Source: Octopus vulgaris (lineage: Eukaryota). From it: a stretch of 64,000 nucleotides of DNA. A program made the position numbers and the translations under genes. The notes under the pieces were generated by a model. It saw nothing but the letters and a program-made list of their open reading frames with translations, was not told the DNA's origin and did not search any database. Below are positions 12,381 to 27,188 of the stretch, in pieces (positions within the stretch are counted from its first letter, which is position 1; every line of letters starts with the position of its first letter). Where the stretch lies: the NCBI GenBank assembly GCA_951406725.2, contig OX597822.1, positions 83,204,001 through 83,268,000 of the forward strand, read 5' to 3'.

Positions 12381-13020
12381 TTCACTACCAGTGAATTAAG
12401 GTAACACCTCTTATTTTTTGAGCACCTTCCAGAGTATTTGAGCGGTTCCAAGCAATGCTGTTTTCTGCAAGTGTTCCACCCTTATTGCAGCCCCTATTTG
12501 TTCCACGTACTTCTCGAGATTTTTGCTCACTCTTCCCAGTGCTCCAACAAATATTGGTACTACTACCACCTTTTTCATCGACCACAATTGCTTAACATTC
12601 CAAGCTAACCTGGGCATGCTATATCTATCATCCAGCATAGTTTGTTTTCTTTCTCAATTAAGACTATATATGGCTTCCTATTCTCTATCTCATGGTTGCA
12701 CTGAATCATAGAATCTTCGAATTTTTATGTTCGATGATGCCTTCGGGTTTCTGTTCGTACCAATTTTTGTCCAATCGACAAGCCTAGCTATATTGTCGTG
12801 GCGCCTCTTATGTTCCTTCTGGGCTAGCGGTGTACATTGGCTGGTAATATACCATACTGTTTCACATTTTGCCCAAAGATTCTGCACTTATCACTTTCTG
12901 ATGTGTTGTCTATTCTCTATTTTATGTAGTTCGTTCTTAGTGCTTGCTCTTGGGCAGCACAGATTAGAGCCTCCATTTCTGGTTTTAAATCACTTTTAGT
13001 CTTACACAGCCATCTTTTTT
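12381..13020 (-). mobile_element. R4/Dong-type RLE LINE 3' fragment
   Basis: CETVWYITSQCTPLAQKEHKRRHDNIARLV.W and VVVPIFVGALG..VEHLQKTALLGTAQILWKVL. Confidence 0.9.
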
Positions 13021-13129
13021 TCTCTGTCTTATCTTCATCATCATCATCCTCCTCCTCCTCCTCATCATCATCCTCATCATTACCATCATCATTATTATTA
13101 TTATTTCTTTCATATATGCACAGCAGATT

Positions 13130-13400
13130 AGACTGCTCGAAAAATATCCTAACATCGGGCTACAACAAGTAAACTTAGATGCCAAGAACCCTCCTAAGTA
13201 TCCTAGGTGTCCTTACTAACATTGTTTCCTGGAGCTGTACTAAACTGGGGTTTATCCTTATTTTCTTTATCATCTGTTCAGATCTTTAGGGACAGTTCCT
13301 AATACACCTATAACTACTGGGATACATTTTACCCGCACTCTCCATAGCTTATGTAACTCAGTTTTTAGGTCCTGGTACTTTTGTTGGAACTCCTGGAGTC
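13130..13400 (-). mobile_element. RLE LINE 3' fragment (second family)
   Basis: Minus strand KYQDLKTELHKLWRV..IPVVIGVLGTVPKDL..LQET. Confidence 0.75.
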
Positions 13401-13503
13401 TTGCATACGTAGCGGGCTTACTACCTACAGCCTACGGTACCATGCTATGCATTCTTTTCAGCTATCTAATTCTTTCCTGATTATTATAATTGTTGTTGTT
13501 TTT

Positions 13504-13592
<89 letters not shown>

Positions 13593-14094
13593 CCTCCTCC
13601 TTCTTCTCCTCCTCCTCCTCCTCCTCATCATCATCACTAGTGTTAGCAGTTGTATTAAACAGATGGTTTAATGAGCATCGTAGATATTGTTGTTGAGTTG
13701 GATGCTTTGGCAGTGGTGGTGAACATTGGCAAAAAAAAAAAAAAAAAAAAGAATCGAGGAAGAAGTAGATTACAAAGAAAGCACAAAAGAGATAATTTAG
13801 CAAGAATTACATGTGCAACATCTATTACCTGACTTCTGTGTTTATCGATATTGTGTGCTAAGCAGGAAATTACAGAGCAAATAAACAAACGTCGTAATTT
13901 CTCTGTTATTTACACAAGAGAAATATGTGTATAACAAGCTGCATTATATTTCAGTATGTCTGCTGAATTTAGAAAACCCCAAAATAATTTAAAACAGGAA
14001 TGTGCGCATTTACAGATTCTCAAGCTCATTCATTCTTTGGCATACACACATTTCCATATATATATATATATATACGTATTTATGTATGCATATA

Positions 14095-14402
14095 TCACCG
14101 TGACCGACCAGACTACCAGATGTCGCTACACATCGCTGGTCACAATGCGCTTCGCATTGTTTTAGCCTTCAAATAACGCCACCTCGCTGGCTAAGCGAGC
14201 AGGCCAACAGAAGAAAGAGTGAGAGGAAGTTGTGGCGAAAGAGTACGGCAGGGTTCGCCACCCCCCACCCCCCTGCCGGAGCCTCGTGGAGCTTTAGGTG
14301 TTTTCGCTCAATAAACACTCACAACGCCCGGTCTGGGAATCGAAACCGCGATCCTACAACCGCGAGTCCGCTGCCCTAACCACTGGGCCATTGCGCCTCC
14401 AC
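14095..14402 (-). mobile_element. tRNA-derived SINE family C with 'tail X'
   Basis: Head GGAGGCGCAATGGCCCAGTGGTTAGGGCAGCGGACTCGCGG...GGTTTCGATTCCC (A and B boxes). Confidence 0.9.
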
Positions 14403-14407
14403 ATGTA

Positions 14408-14452
<45 letters not shown>

Positions 14453-14842
14453 ATGTATGTATGTATGTATGTATGTATGTATGCACATATATATATAGAT
14501 ATATATATATGTATATGTATGTATGTATGTATATATATGTATGTATATACATGTATACAGGTATCTATGTATATATACATATATAAAGATAGAAAATATG
14601 TAACGTTCATAATGCAAACCCCACAAACGTTTTAAAACATCTTTTCTACAAAAACCCTTCGAATACACAAATGCTCCCAAGTTGTCACATTCGTAAATAA
14701 GAGCCAAAGAGAACCGCGCACGCGTGTTTGTTCCTATCTATGTATACATTTATGCGTGTGTATACATACATAAATACATACATACATGCATACATACATA
14801 TATACATATATATATACTCATATATACGAATGCATATATAAC

Positions 14843-14899
<57 letters not shown>

Positions 14900-14964
14900 C
14901 GTTTGTAGAAATACATAAAACCGGTGAAGAAGAACACTCTAAGATGTAGAGCAGTTAATATATT

Positions 14965-15441
14965 GGGGGCCGGTTTATGGGGTTACCCTCAGTTTCTAGC
15001 TCATAAGGAGTTTATCCTTACGGCGTATCTTCAGAGCCCAAACACTGCTGGCCTAAGACCTCTTCAAAATATGGAGGGAGAAATGCCTCTCCAGAAAAGT
15101 AAACACTATGTGATTATCTCCCTTTGCCATTGCTCGTCGAGCTTCGGCCGCGCCGCCACCTTGCGGTCATTAAAGAACCACTAGGGTAGACGATTGTCTC
15201 CCTTCGGCCTTGGCTATTGGCTTCCGGCTGTAACACCGCCTTGTGGATTCCAAAATGTCAGTAAGAATCTTCTGAAATGCAAGCATGGCTCGAAAATCTC
15301 TGTCCTGGAGTTCAGGATCTGCCCTGGTACGATCGAGTTCTTTAGGATTCTCGTGCGTTCAGGAATGAATAACTTTTCGTCCCGTTGATGTACGGGCCTC
15401 GGTTCTGGAATGATCCAGGGTAACCGCGTAAACCGGCCCCC
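14965..15441. mobile_element. GC-rich non-autonomous element with ~25-bp TIRs
   Basis: GGGGGCCGGTTTATGGGGTTACCCT ... AGGGTAACCGCGTAAACCGGCCCCC; ATT on both flanks. Confidence 0.8.
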
Positions 15442-15545
15442 ATTATAATATTATATATTATATAAAAGCAGTGCTCCAGCATGGCTGCAGTCAAATGACT
15501 GAAACAAGTAAAAGAATAAATGAATATATATATATTCTTTTATAC

Positions 15546-15757
15546 TTTTACTTGTTTCAGTCATTTGACTACAGCCATGCTGGAGCACCGCCTTTAGTCG
15601 AACAAGTCGACCCCAGGACTTATTCTTTGTAAGCCTAGTACTTATTCTATCGGCCTCATCTGCCGAACCGCATATGACGGGGATGCAAATACACCAACGT
15701 CGGTTGTCAAGTGATGGTTGGGAGGGCGGACAAACACAGACACAAATAACAAGCACA

Positions 15758-15843
<86 letters not shown>

Positions 15844-16002
15844 CGACGGGCTTCTTTCAGTATCTGTCTACGAAATCCACTTACAAGGCCTCTGGTTGGC
15901 CCGAGGCGATAGTAGAAGACACTTGCCCAAGGTGCCACGCAGTAGGACTGAACCGCGAACAATGTGGTTGGTAAGCAAGCTACTTACTGCACAGCCACTC
16001 CT
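15546..16002 (-). mobile_element. SINE family A
   Basis: Near full-length match to 3778-4158 with an expanded internal (CA)n. Confidence 0.9.
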
Positions 16003-16408
16003 ATATATATAAATACACACACATAGGCAAATAGATTCTTGAAACCTGCGTATTTCCTACAATATAGTTGTGGTCGTGTGCTGTCGTTTAGAAGCACTTA
16101 GCAAGGCACACAAATGCAACACATACACACACGCGTGTCCGTTGCCTTTATTTCTCTATTTGTGATCACTTACACGACGCTTTTTGATGTTCTAGCTCTC
16201 TTTTCCTTTCTTTGCTCATACATGGATAAATACATACACATGCATACACACGCGCACGCACACTCACACATCCGCAATACACGCATTAAGTTTCTTTTAT
16301 CTTATCATAAGATATGAAATAATGATTACTCTGACATGAAATATCGAATAAACGAATACGTATACAAACCAACCAGCTTTAACTGTACAATGCCATGCAG
16401 CCTCCCTG

Positions 16409-16476
<68 letters not shown>

Positions 16477-18631
16477 GCTGTAGAGTTGAAACTGGGTGTG
16501 TTTATATATATATAAATACACCTACACACACATATATATACACACATATACATATATGTGTGTATGTATTTGAATATATTAAATTTGTGATTATTTCTAA
16601 GTATCATTATCTTCATATATATTTTTTACATCTAAAAAGAAAACATAATTAGGAGAAAGCCTAGAATCAGAAACTTTATAGAAATAATGGATTTTTAGGC
16701 TACGTCAGAATTTACAACTGAGCACTGATCTTCGTTTTAAATATAGATTTAAGTAATGCTGAGAGCCGTCAGTCTGTTGCGTAGGTGTTTGTGTACACTT
16801 GTAGTAATAATACTCTCTGTCTTGTGCGGTCATCAGGAAAATTTAGATTTTATAGTTTGTCTTTTACTTGCTTTAGTCTAGTCATAGGACTGCAGCCATG
16901 ATGGAGCACTGCAGGGAAGGATTAAGTCGGACAAATCTACCCCAGGACTCATGTTTTTAAGAGTCCTATAGGAAAAGCACCAGGTTTAAAAAGACCAAAA
17001 AAAATAATAATAAATACTGGAATCGCTTTGTTCAAATAAAATTCTTCAAAGTGATGCCGAAGTATTTCCGTTGTTTAATGACTGAAACAAGTAAAAACTA
17101 AAAGATAAAGAATTAATCTCAAGAGATTAACCATGTATTATGAATAATGTATCCTTTTCATATTTCAGGGATAATCTGATCAATCCTACGTAAGCATCAC
17201 AAGTAGTTCATTGTTGCTGTTTAATGGCGAGTCAGTCCTCAGTTCGCAAAATTATGATCAAGTGTGTTTCATCTCTTGTTTTAATTTTAAAAAATTTGTC
17301 GAAGATAATATTGCCTAATAGTATATTCTTCGTATTTTGAAGGCAGCAGCGTGTGATTTGGGGGTAAATTTAGCTGCGCTTTCTCTCATGCCATGAAGCT
17401 ATGTGGGTGCAATTTCTATTCAAACAACGCTTAACATTCATGTCAAAAAAATATAAATAATGACTTGAACCTCTGTGACAAGTCTTTATTGATGTATATT
17501 GTGGTTTGTGGCAACTGTCGTTAGAATTAGGTTGTCGTCAGTTTTTTTTAAAAATATTAATATTAAACGCTATTTGAAAGACCATCAGTAACATTAGACA
17601 TTAACAAGTGTTTGGCGGACGCGGAGAGAGCCTGGAAAAATACATTATGTATTCTTTTCTGGAATTCTTATACAGAAGTCAGATGTGTACGCATGAATAC
17701 TCTAAAGATGAAATACAACACGTAAAATCAACGGATTAAATTACAGGCAGAATGCTTAGACCCAATGAAGGCCATATTTATCACAGTTAAAGCCTTCATA
17801 AAACAGGTCTATGTTCAAAAGCAGTCCAGGCGTCTTCATCTGGCATTTTACTTAAACATGTGACATCTAGGAAAATATATAATCAACCTTTCTCTTCCAA
17901 TTTTTGTGAGAATCTGATTCCATTATAATTTTGCAAATATAGAACCTGTATCTCTATCGTTGGCATGGTTACGGTAGAATGTTGTTTTCTAGCATCAAGT
18001 CAGCGCTGATATGGCAGTCCAATGATCAAAGGCAATCCATCCATGAGCATCCTGTATATTTTTTGTGTCTGTATCATAGATTACATATAGAATGATGCAT
18101 AATTTACCGTGGACTAAATTATCCAATGAGTTCCTTGCCTTTCAAAGTGAAAAGTGTTTCAAGGAGTATGGCTGCTATCTTTTGGCGACTTGAGGCAACA
18201 TGTGGTTGCTATTTTTGGCAAGCCCATCAAAGGATTCTCCGTTGCCTTGGCGCATGTGCATACCTGTAGATTTATTGGTGTTGTGAAATTGCTGTCATGT
18301 GATGGTCTTTTTGAGATCGATTAGCACAGCAACAGACTGACGTTTACCAGACTCTGTACGACAGCCACATCATTAATGATTTACTACGGAGGCTCAAAGC
18401 TTCAAATTTATATTTTTTTACATTTATATTTCTCTATAAACTATTATTAACACAATGCAATTCTTTGTCCAGTCGTTATGACCACTAAATATAATCACTC
18501 AAAATGGGTTGAATGTCCTTCTCTTTCTTTTGTTCATCCGTCTGTCTTTCTGTCTCTGTCTGTTTGCCTTTGTCTATCTGTTTGTCTCTGTCTGTCTATC
18601 TATCTTTCTGTCTGCCTGTCAATATCTATCT

Positions 18632-18759
<128 letters not shown>

Positions 18760-20883
18760 GATATGTATGTGTTCATCAATGTGTGTGCATATGTATAATA
18801 TTTAAAAGCTAAACTAAGAATTCTCAGATATATTGGTTTCTTTGGAATAGATAATCTCTGAATAATATGAATAAGTGTTTGTGTGTGTACGTTTGTGCGA
18901 GCGTATGTGTGTGTATGTATATAATTTAAAGTTGAAAAATCTATTTAATACAACGAATGCTAAAATTTATATCGGATATATATTGAATTGATGTATATGA
19001 TCAAAGCTGTAAAATTTTTAGGAATGAAATATTGACTTTAAGTCCGGAGAGAATGGATTGAGCATACAATATATCAGTCTTGACGGTATAATCAAAAGAA
19101 TACTTGAGAAAACCTGGTTTGTGCCATCTTATTTTCTCTGTGTCTGAACCAAAATTTTCGTTATATTCTGAGGCAAGATATATTTTAGTAGCAACGAAAC
19201 CTACATAGGTTAAACACTTTCCATTTTTTAAAAATCTTATTTTCTTATTATGTTATTGCTATTCCTATTGCGTTGGCGCTTATTCGATTTTGAAAACTTG
19301 ACGAGTCTATAGCTAGGTATAGACGTTTATATAACGCAATGGAGATAGATTGAGAGGTTGAAGTCAGAGCAGTAAGTTAAGCACTTCTTATTCAACTGTA
19401 AAAAAACCCTATTAACGGAGAATGATATCTCCACATGGGATTAATTAAAATCAGGTAGACTTTAATTGTGAAAATTAATGAAGTTTTTCCTGAAGATGCA
19501 CAATATATGTGAATGTTTAGCCATGTAGGCCATTAAGTAACATATTCAGTCGGATGAACCAATTCTGATGTTGATATCTAATAATGAAAATATGCCATGA
19601 ATATATTAGAAATGTACGATCGTGTTTCGTGTCAATGCAGTCACTCAATTTCTAAAAAAGGTAGCAACCAGCTCACAGACACACGTCATAAAAAGAGAAA
19701 GAATATCGGATAATAAAATCTCCGAAGCACTCTATATTTTAATAATAGCCTCACTGGGAATACTTCGGATGATAAGGCTTGTTCGTGGCTTAAGAACATG
19801 AGAGTAGCTTTAACACTACAGATGGCTAATTATGGGAAAGGTGTAGATGCTGAAGCGATGAAATGCAAAGTCAAACATCGGTATTTGAACTCAGAAGTTG
19901 ACCTATGGAGCAATTATGTCAGGCATTGAATCTTGCTTGCTTGTGTTTCTTCTATCTTGGCACGTATAATGATATGTATGAAGAATTCTTAACTTAGAAT
20001 TAAGTCACAGATTTGTTTGGAGAGGAATGTAGCCGAATAGATAACTAGTTCTTATGTTGATGTGTAGCCTCAAATCAGTTTTAATTAGGCATCAGGTAGT
20101 TGGCCGAACGAATACCACACACTCTGACAGGCAGACATTAAACGCGGAAGCAGCGTAATTGTCTTGGCGTGTTGCATCTCGTGTATATCTGTACAAATGC
20201 ACATTCAGGTAGTGTAAACAGCGGAGTCACGCGAGTGTAACGCTGGCAAAAGTGCAGAGAGCTTCTACTCAGCCGCCGGCCTGATACAATGAACAGTCAA
20301 ATAATCTCTAAATTTTACACTTCTGTGATAAAGAGGGGATAAAACACTTATAATAGATTATCAGATTATCGATTGAAGTGTATTACAATGCTACGTTTAT
20401 TCTGTTGGAATTTTGAATTTAGAAGATAAAAATGGCGAAACCAAATATAGCATTTATTTGGTTCCCGATTAGTTTTCCATGTTGAGTGTATATGACAAAT
20501 ATATTATAAAAAACAGATACAGAAAACGTTAGGCAAAAGTAAACAATATATGAGCAACTGAGAAAGCTTTCAGCAGTTCACAATACCAGATAGAAATAGC
20601 AACCAAATTCTTCCTCAAGTCATCAAAACAAAAAAGGAGATATTAAATCGTTTCGAAATGAATTAAGTCAAGAGAAAAGAGCACCTTAAACTACAAAAAC
20701 AATAAAAGTAGCAAATATAAAATTCTATCATTATGTGTCCAGTTATTTATATTTACTGTGCGATCAGACATGTTAATTTATGGGTCAGCGTTTGTCTGTG
20801 ACGTCATTGTGTATACACAATGCATTTATGTGTATGTGTGTATGTTTGTATGTAATTGAAAACTGAGTTGTATTTAACACACA

Positions 20884-20920
<37 letters not shown>

Positions 20921-21007
20921 GCACACACACACACACACACATATATATATACACACAAACACGCGTTTGCGTGTACGTGGGGATGTGTGTTTGTGTATGA
21001 GTGTGTG

Positions 21008-21042
<35 letters not shown>

Positions 21043-21556
21043 ATATATGTAAATAGTCGACAAACTAGAGACTCATAAATCACCATCGGTAAGAAAGCGA
21101 AGAATAATTAATTGACCCGCAATACGATACGGACGGAAACGGACTGAGAGAACAACATCTCAGCCAACCACCATTGTTTACGACATTTGTAAGGCTGTGG
21201 ACATGAAACCATTGTAACGATATGGTTTAAGCAAGGAACTATAATTCTACATGTTGAATATTTACTCTGACAAAATACAGGAACTGTATTTTCCTTTCCC
21301 GCCTTCTTTTGTCTCAAATTCATAAACATGACGTTACTATCATAAATATGCCGTTACTCTTTCCTTCCACTTCACACTTGCACCTACACAATCCATAATC
21401 TGCTTAGCCACCAAAAGATTTTCAACCACTTTTCCTCATTCTTTTAATTTTTAATTGAAGAAGGGCTGGCGTCCGAAACATGAGCACCCTTTCCTTTTCA
21501 AGTGTTAAAGTAATAGAACATTTGTAAAACTGTAAAACCTGCACAGTCCTACATTT

Positions 21557-21960
21557 AACAGATGAGGAATTATGTACATTATTTACATTTGACGGATATT
21601 TTTCCTCATATTCTTTGTTGTTAACACAACTTTTTGGCGTAGTGGTTAGGAATTATGTACATTATTTACATTTGACGGATATTTTTCCTCATATTCTTTG
21701 TTGTTAACACAACTTTTTGGCGTAGTGGTTAAAAGCGCGGGCTACTAATCCTAAGATTCCGAGTTCGATTCTAGGCAGTGACCTGAATAATAATAATATC
21801 GAAACATATCTTTAGGGATGAGAACCCAGATTCGAAATTTCCCCAAGACACATGACATAGGCTGAAGGGTATATGAGCCGAAACGTTGTGTTAACAACAA
21901 ACAAGATGAGGACAAATATCCATCAAATGTAAACAATGTACATAATGCGTCAAACCTGTT
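21557..21960 (+). mobile_element. tRNA-Ser-like SINE head + Penelope-like hammerhead tail, preceded by a duplicated inverted 3' end
   Basis: A box TGGCGTAGTGG (21718), GGCTACTAATCC arm, B box GAGTTCGATTC (21761); GGCT..AGCC-GAAACGTT-GTGTT (21860-21892); 21565-21647 and 21648-21730 are 83-bp tandem units largely complementary to 21877-21946. Confidence 0.7.
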
Positions 21961-22066
21961 CCTATTCTTTTCTCCACATACATGCATACATACATACATA
22001 CATACATGCATACATACATACATACATACATACATACATACATTCATACATGCATACACATATATG

Positions 22067-22132
<66 letters not shown>

Positions 22133-22133
<1 letters not shown>

Positions 22134-22541
22134 TTTAATTACTCTTTTACTTGTTTCAGTCATTTGACTGCGGCCATGCTGGACACCGCCTTTAATCGAG
22201 CAACTCGACCCCGGGACTTATTCTTTTGTAAGCCCAGTACTTATTCTATCGGTCTCTTTTGCCGAACCGCTAAGTAACGGGGACATAAACACACCAGCAT
22301 CAGTTGTCAAGCAATGCTAGGGGGACAAACACAGACGCACAAACACACACACGCATATATATATATACACATATATACGACGGGGTTCTTTTCAGTTTCT
22401 GTCTACCAAATCCACTCACAAGGCTTTGGTTGGCCCGAGGCTATAGTAGAAGACACTTGCCCAAAGTGCCACGCAGTGGGACTGAACCCGGAACCATGTG
22501 GATGGTAAGCAAGCTACTTACCACACAGCCACTCCTGCGCC
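22133..22541 (-). mobile_element. SINE family A
   Basis: Full-length match to 3778-4158. Confidence 0.9.
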
Positions 22542-22966
22542 TAATAAATATATATATATATATTTTTATTAAAATTTAGCAGAAGCAGCAAGCTGACTCA
22601 AAGTCCGAGAGTTTTGTACATTAGCATGTTACTCTTCAATCTGCTGACACCTACGAATGTATATACTCGATAATCAAGCCACTTCAACAAGGTCCTGGTT
22701 TCTCTCTGACTTAAATGGCAATTAGGAAATTACTAACAAGTTTTCTTCGTAGAAGACGGTTGAAGAGTATTTGTCGTTTAAAGACTGTCCAAACAACCAC
22801 GAACAGTTTCAGGATATTTGCTTAATTTTTCTTCGCGTAAAGATAAAAATGGGGTGAATTTACAATCGCTTAGTTTCAAAAACGTAATCGTTATAAACTG
22901 TTGTGCAGCTACATTATCTCAGAAGATATATGCTTACATAATTATATACAGATGTATTTTTATAAA

Positions 22967-23248
22967 GTGGAGGCGCAATGGCCCAGTGGTTAGCTCCACA
23001 AGGCTCCGGTAAGGGGTGGTGGCTAACCCTGCTGTATTCTTTCACCACAACGTTCTCTCACTCATCTTCCTGTTTCTGTTGTACCTGTATTTCAAAGGGG
23101 CCAGCCTTGTCACACTCTGTGTCACGCTGAATCTTCCCGAGAACTACATTTGTGGAGTACTCGGCCACTTACACGATAATTTCACGAACAGGCTGTTCCG
23201 TTGATCGGATCAACTGGAACCCTCATCGTTGTAACCGACTGAGTGCTA
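22967..23248 (+). mobile_element. SINE family C, internally deleted, 'tail Y'
   Basis: GTGGAGGCGCAATGGCCCAGTGGTTAG joined directly to CTCCACAAGGCTCCG; tail as in 25860-26030. Confidence 0.85.
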
Positions 23249-23253
23249 CGATT

Positions 23254-23307
<54 letters not shown>

Positions 23308-23683
23308 GTATATTTATGATTTAACCGAAACGGAGACACTAGCGTTATTCCTGGTTCCATTCTTCAGTACATCCATCTATACTTATTGGACATGGCCTTT
23401 TCTTATAGAAATTATTTAAAATAAAATGATTTTTTTCTCATTTTGGTTGTGATCGGTCTCATTGGAGAACACATGGATCGTTTCATTGGTTCTAAGAGGT
23501 CTGTTGCTTTTGGAAAAGATGAAATTGTATCGGGTAGTACTTGTATGTTCGAGCAGGAAGGATGAGGGGAATAAAGTGTGGAAAAAAATCAAGATTGGAT
23601 GAAAGGAGATACGATGTGGGTGGTAAAAAATATTAAATTTATAGAATTTATAGAAGCATAAATGCAAGTGTGATGTATCTCTA

Positions 23684-23777
<94 letters not shown>

Positions 23778-24071
23778 TTCAAATCGGGTAAGCTGTAAAT
23801 ACTTAAAATGTAACGTAAGACGGCAATTAACAGCTGGAATTCTTTGGGTCTTCAATAATATGAAGTTCTCAAGAATCAATAATTTCCCGGAAATAACATT
23901 CCCTTAAGGAAAAGATTGTTTGTTTGATTCTGGAGATGAAAGAAAAGCGACATATAATGTTTTTCCGCTACGATTGGCGTCATCAACACAGCAGTTGTTC
24001 TACCTTGACTCCAGATAGACTTAAACATATACAAAAAGATTTGAGAACATTTAAGATGCATTATCAATCAA

Positions 24072-24148
<77 letters not shown>

Positions 24149-24423
24149 GTTTATGTCAAGTTATATATGTGTGTGTAATTTAACGCTAAACCAAAGGGTT
24201 GCACAAAAGATTTTCGTAGAGAAAACGTTTATCAAAATTTATCACACAGTTCCACATACACAAGAAAATCAACTTCCCCAAAAATATATAAAGCCAAAAG
24301 GAACCGAAGTGAAACGCAGTATGCTGAAGGTTAACAGTTCGAAACGTCGAAGTCACTATAACCCCACTTCCAGTAAAAGTGTAACAATACACACATAGAT
24401 GCTCACATACACACATGCACATA

Positions 24424-24483
<60 letters not shown>

Positions 24484-24895
24484 GTGTGTGTGTGCGTGTG
24501 CGGGAGCATCATTATCAGCTGATAACTGGTGAAAGTTACATCATATTATACTCATTACTGCGTTAATGTGATTCATCAATAGCTGTATAGATGCGTGTCT
24601 GAGGAGTGCTCAAAGCACTGCTCTATGGTAGCATCTTTCCCTAGCAAGTACACACAGAAATCCACACATAGCCAGACTGGGCTTCATACTGGCAAGAAGA
24701 GATAAACATCCCTCTCTGATTCATCCACTAATGCAGTATCGCCTGATGAAATGAATCAATGATGATGATCAACCAGATGCTCACGGCTAATACAGACTAT
24801 ACTGTACCCAAGAATATAGACTCTGATCTTAAAGTCACGTGATTTGTGGAAAGACGCGTAGCAATGTATTAAATATTTATAAATCCCATCCTAGA

Positions 24896-24991
<96 letters not shown>

Positions 24992-24993
24992 TA

Positions 24994-25156
24994 GGCGTCG
25001 AGCTGGCAGAATCGTTAGGAAATGCATAGCGGTATTTCGTCTGAGTTCAAATTGCACCGAGGTCGATTTGTTTTTCATTCTGTCGGGGTCGATGAAATAA
25101 GTACCAGTTACACACTGGGGTCGATGTAATCAACTAACCCCGTTCCACCCAAAATT
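24994..25156 (+). mobile_element. SINE family B
   Basis: GGCGTCGAGCTGGCAGAATCGTTAG...; lies between (ATT)n and (AAT)n tracts. Confidence 0.85.
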
Positions 25157-25172
25157 TGAGTAGAAATGATAA

Positions 25173-25273
<101 letters not shown>

Positions 25274-25859
25274 ATAATAATAATAATAATAATAATAACA
25301 ATCATTATTGTGTGTGTGAGTGTGTTTGTGTTTGTGTGTGTGTTTGTGTGTGTGTATGTGTGCATCTATATACTATGTATGTATTGGAACGCCTCTGCAA
25401 TAGACAGTTTAAGAATATAATCGATAATCATGTCATCCGTTTTGCCATTAGTTCTAAGTGTCTTTTCTGATTCGAGATGGTTGCAAACACCAAGACAGAC
25501 CGTCATACAGCCATAGAAAATAGATAAATGAACGGCGAAATTCTTCCTGACAAACAGAAACGTATGCACAAGTACACGCAAACACAGACCCACGTCCACT
25601 CAACCATCTCATCTATTCTGAAAACGCTGAAGAGTAAAGCATCCTCACAGAAATGTTTCAATGTCTCGTTATGATTGCCAAATCCATTCTTGCCTGATCA
25701 AAACAGCTATCCTACTTCCAACTTAGATTACATTCCTTATATTATAGAATGAAGTGTTACGAGTAAATGTAGGCGTTCTTACGTGGTCGCTAGAAATAAT
25801 AGCCAAGTCTCTTTCAAGTCATACATAATTTTCGCGGGTATGGCTGGGTCCTTTAGAAG

Positions 25860-26232
25860 GTCGGTTTGTAATCACGAGGGCTCCAGTTGAACCAATCAAC
25901 AGAACAGCCTGCCCGTGAAATTAACGTGCAAGTGGTTGAGCACTCCACAAACACGTGTACCCTTAACGTAGTTCTCGGGGAGATTCAGCGTCATACAAAG
26001 TGTTACAAGGATAGCCCTTTGAAATACAGCTACAGCAGAAATAGGAAGAAAGAGCGAGAGAAAGTTGTGGTGAAAGAGTACAGCAGGGATCGCCCCCATC
26101 CTCTGCCGTAGCCTTGTGGAACTGTAGGTGTTTTCGCTCAATAAACACTCACAACGCCCAGTCTGGGAATCGAAATAGCGTAGCTACGACCGCGAGTCCG
26201 CTGCCCTAACCACTAGGCCATTACGCCTCCAC
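25860..26232 (-). mobile_element. SINE family C with 'tail Y'
   Basis: Head matches 14200-14402; tail matches 9893-10070. Confidence 0.9.
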
Positions 26233-26557
26233 TGATCCCTGTATATACAGGATTTAAAGTTAAGTTTAAATTAAATTGTTTAACGATTTACCTGTATAAG
26301 AAGATATATATGTATTTCCTCAGGCGATACTCAATTGCTGTCTCTGTAAGTAAATCGAGATTTCCATGCTACAACATCCATGGCTTCTTTTACATTTTAA
26401 TTTTTACTTTTTATTTTCATACACGAGGAATACCTATAACTAGTATTGGTAGCGTACCATAATAATACCACCGGCTATTTGGGAATTCTAAGGTTAACGA
26501 CCGCTATTTGTACTCTTATACGTTCTTAACAGAACACACCTCAACTGATTATATATG

Positions 26558-26612
<55 letters not shown>

Positions 26613-26672
26613 TTATAATAAGTGTAGGTCGTATACAAGTGGGTATATATTTATAAAAGGCGTTTTCAAACT

Positions 26673-26743
<71 letters not shown>

Positions 26744-26770
26744 CATACATACATACATACATAAATACAT

Positions 26771-26822
<52 letters not shown>

Positions 26823-27067
26823 ATGTTGTTGACAAACTACGGCAGAAATTGTATTCACCTCAATAGACGTCATTGATTAGGTTGAAATTGCCGATATGCA
26901 AGAAATTAAACAACAAATAGCTTACAAACTACACAATTTTCTCAAGAAAGCCAAGAGAAAAAGATGTTTTATGTAACACATTCTACCAGTATACGAAGTT
27001 TAAAAGTGTTTAGTTACAAAGAAATTATTTTAAAAATCTGCCAGTCAAAGCGAAAAGATCCGATATT

Positions 27068-27188
27068 TATTTTATCGACCCCGAAAGGATGAAAAGCAAA
27101 GTCGACCTCGGCGGAATTTGATCTCAGAATGTAAAGACTGATGAAATGCTGCCAATCACTTTGCCTGGCGTGCTAACGATTCTGCCAA
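27068..27188 (-). mobile_element. SINE family B fragment
   Basis: TTTATCGACCCCGAAAGGATGAAA.GCAAAGTCGACCTCGGCGGAATTTG. Confidence 0.85.

Noticed and set aside
14330-14402. tRNA gene
   Set aside because: SINE head: no acceptor stem, and it continues into the repeat body. The same applies to the other heads.
24323-24349. CTGAAG...CGAAACGTC motif
   Set aside because: No viable stem II or stem I.
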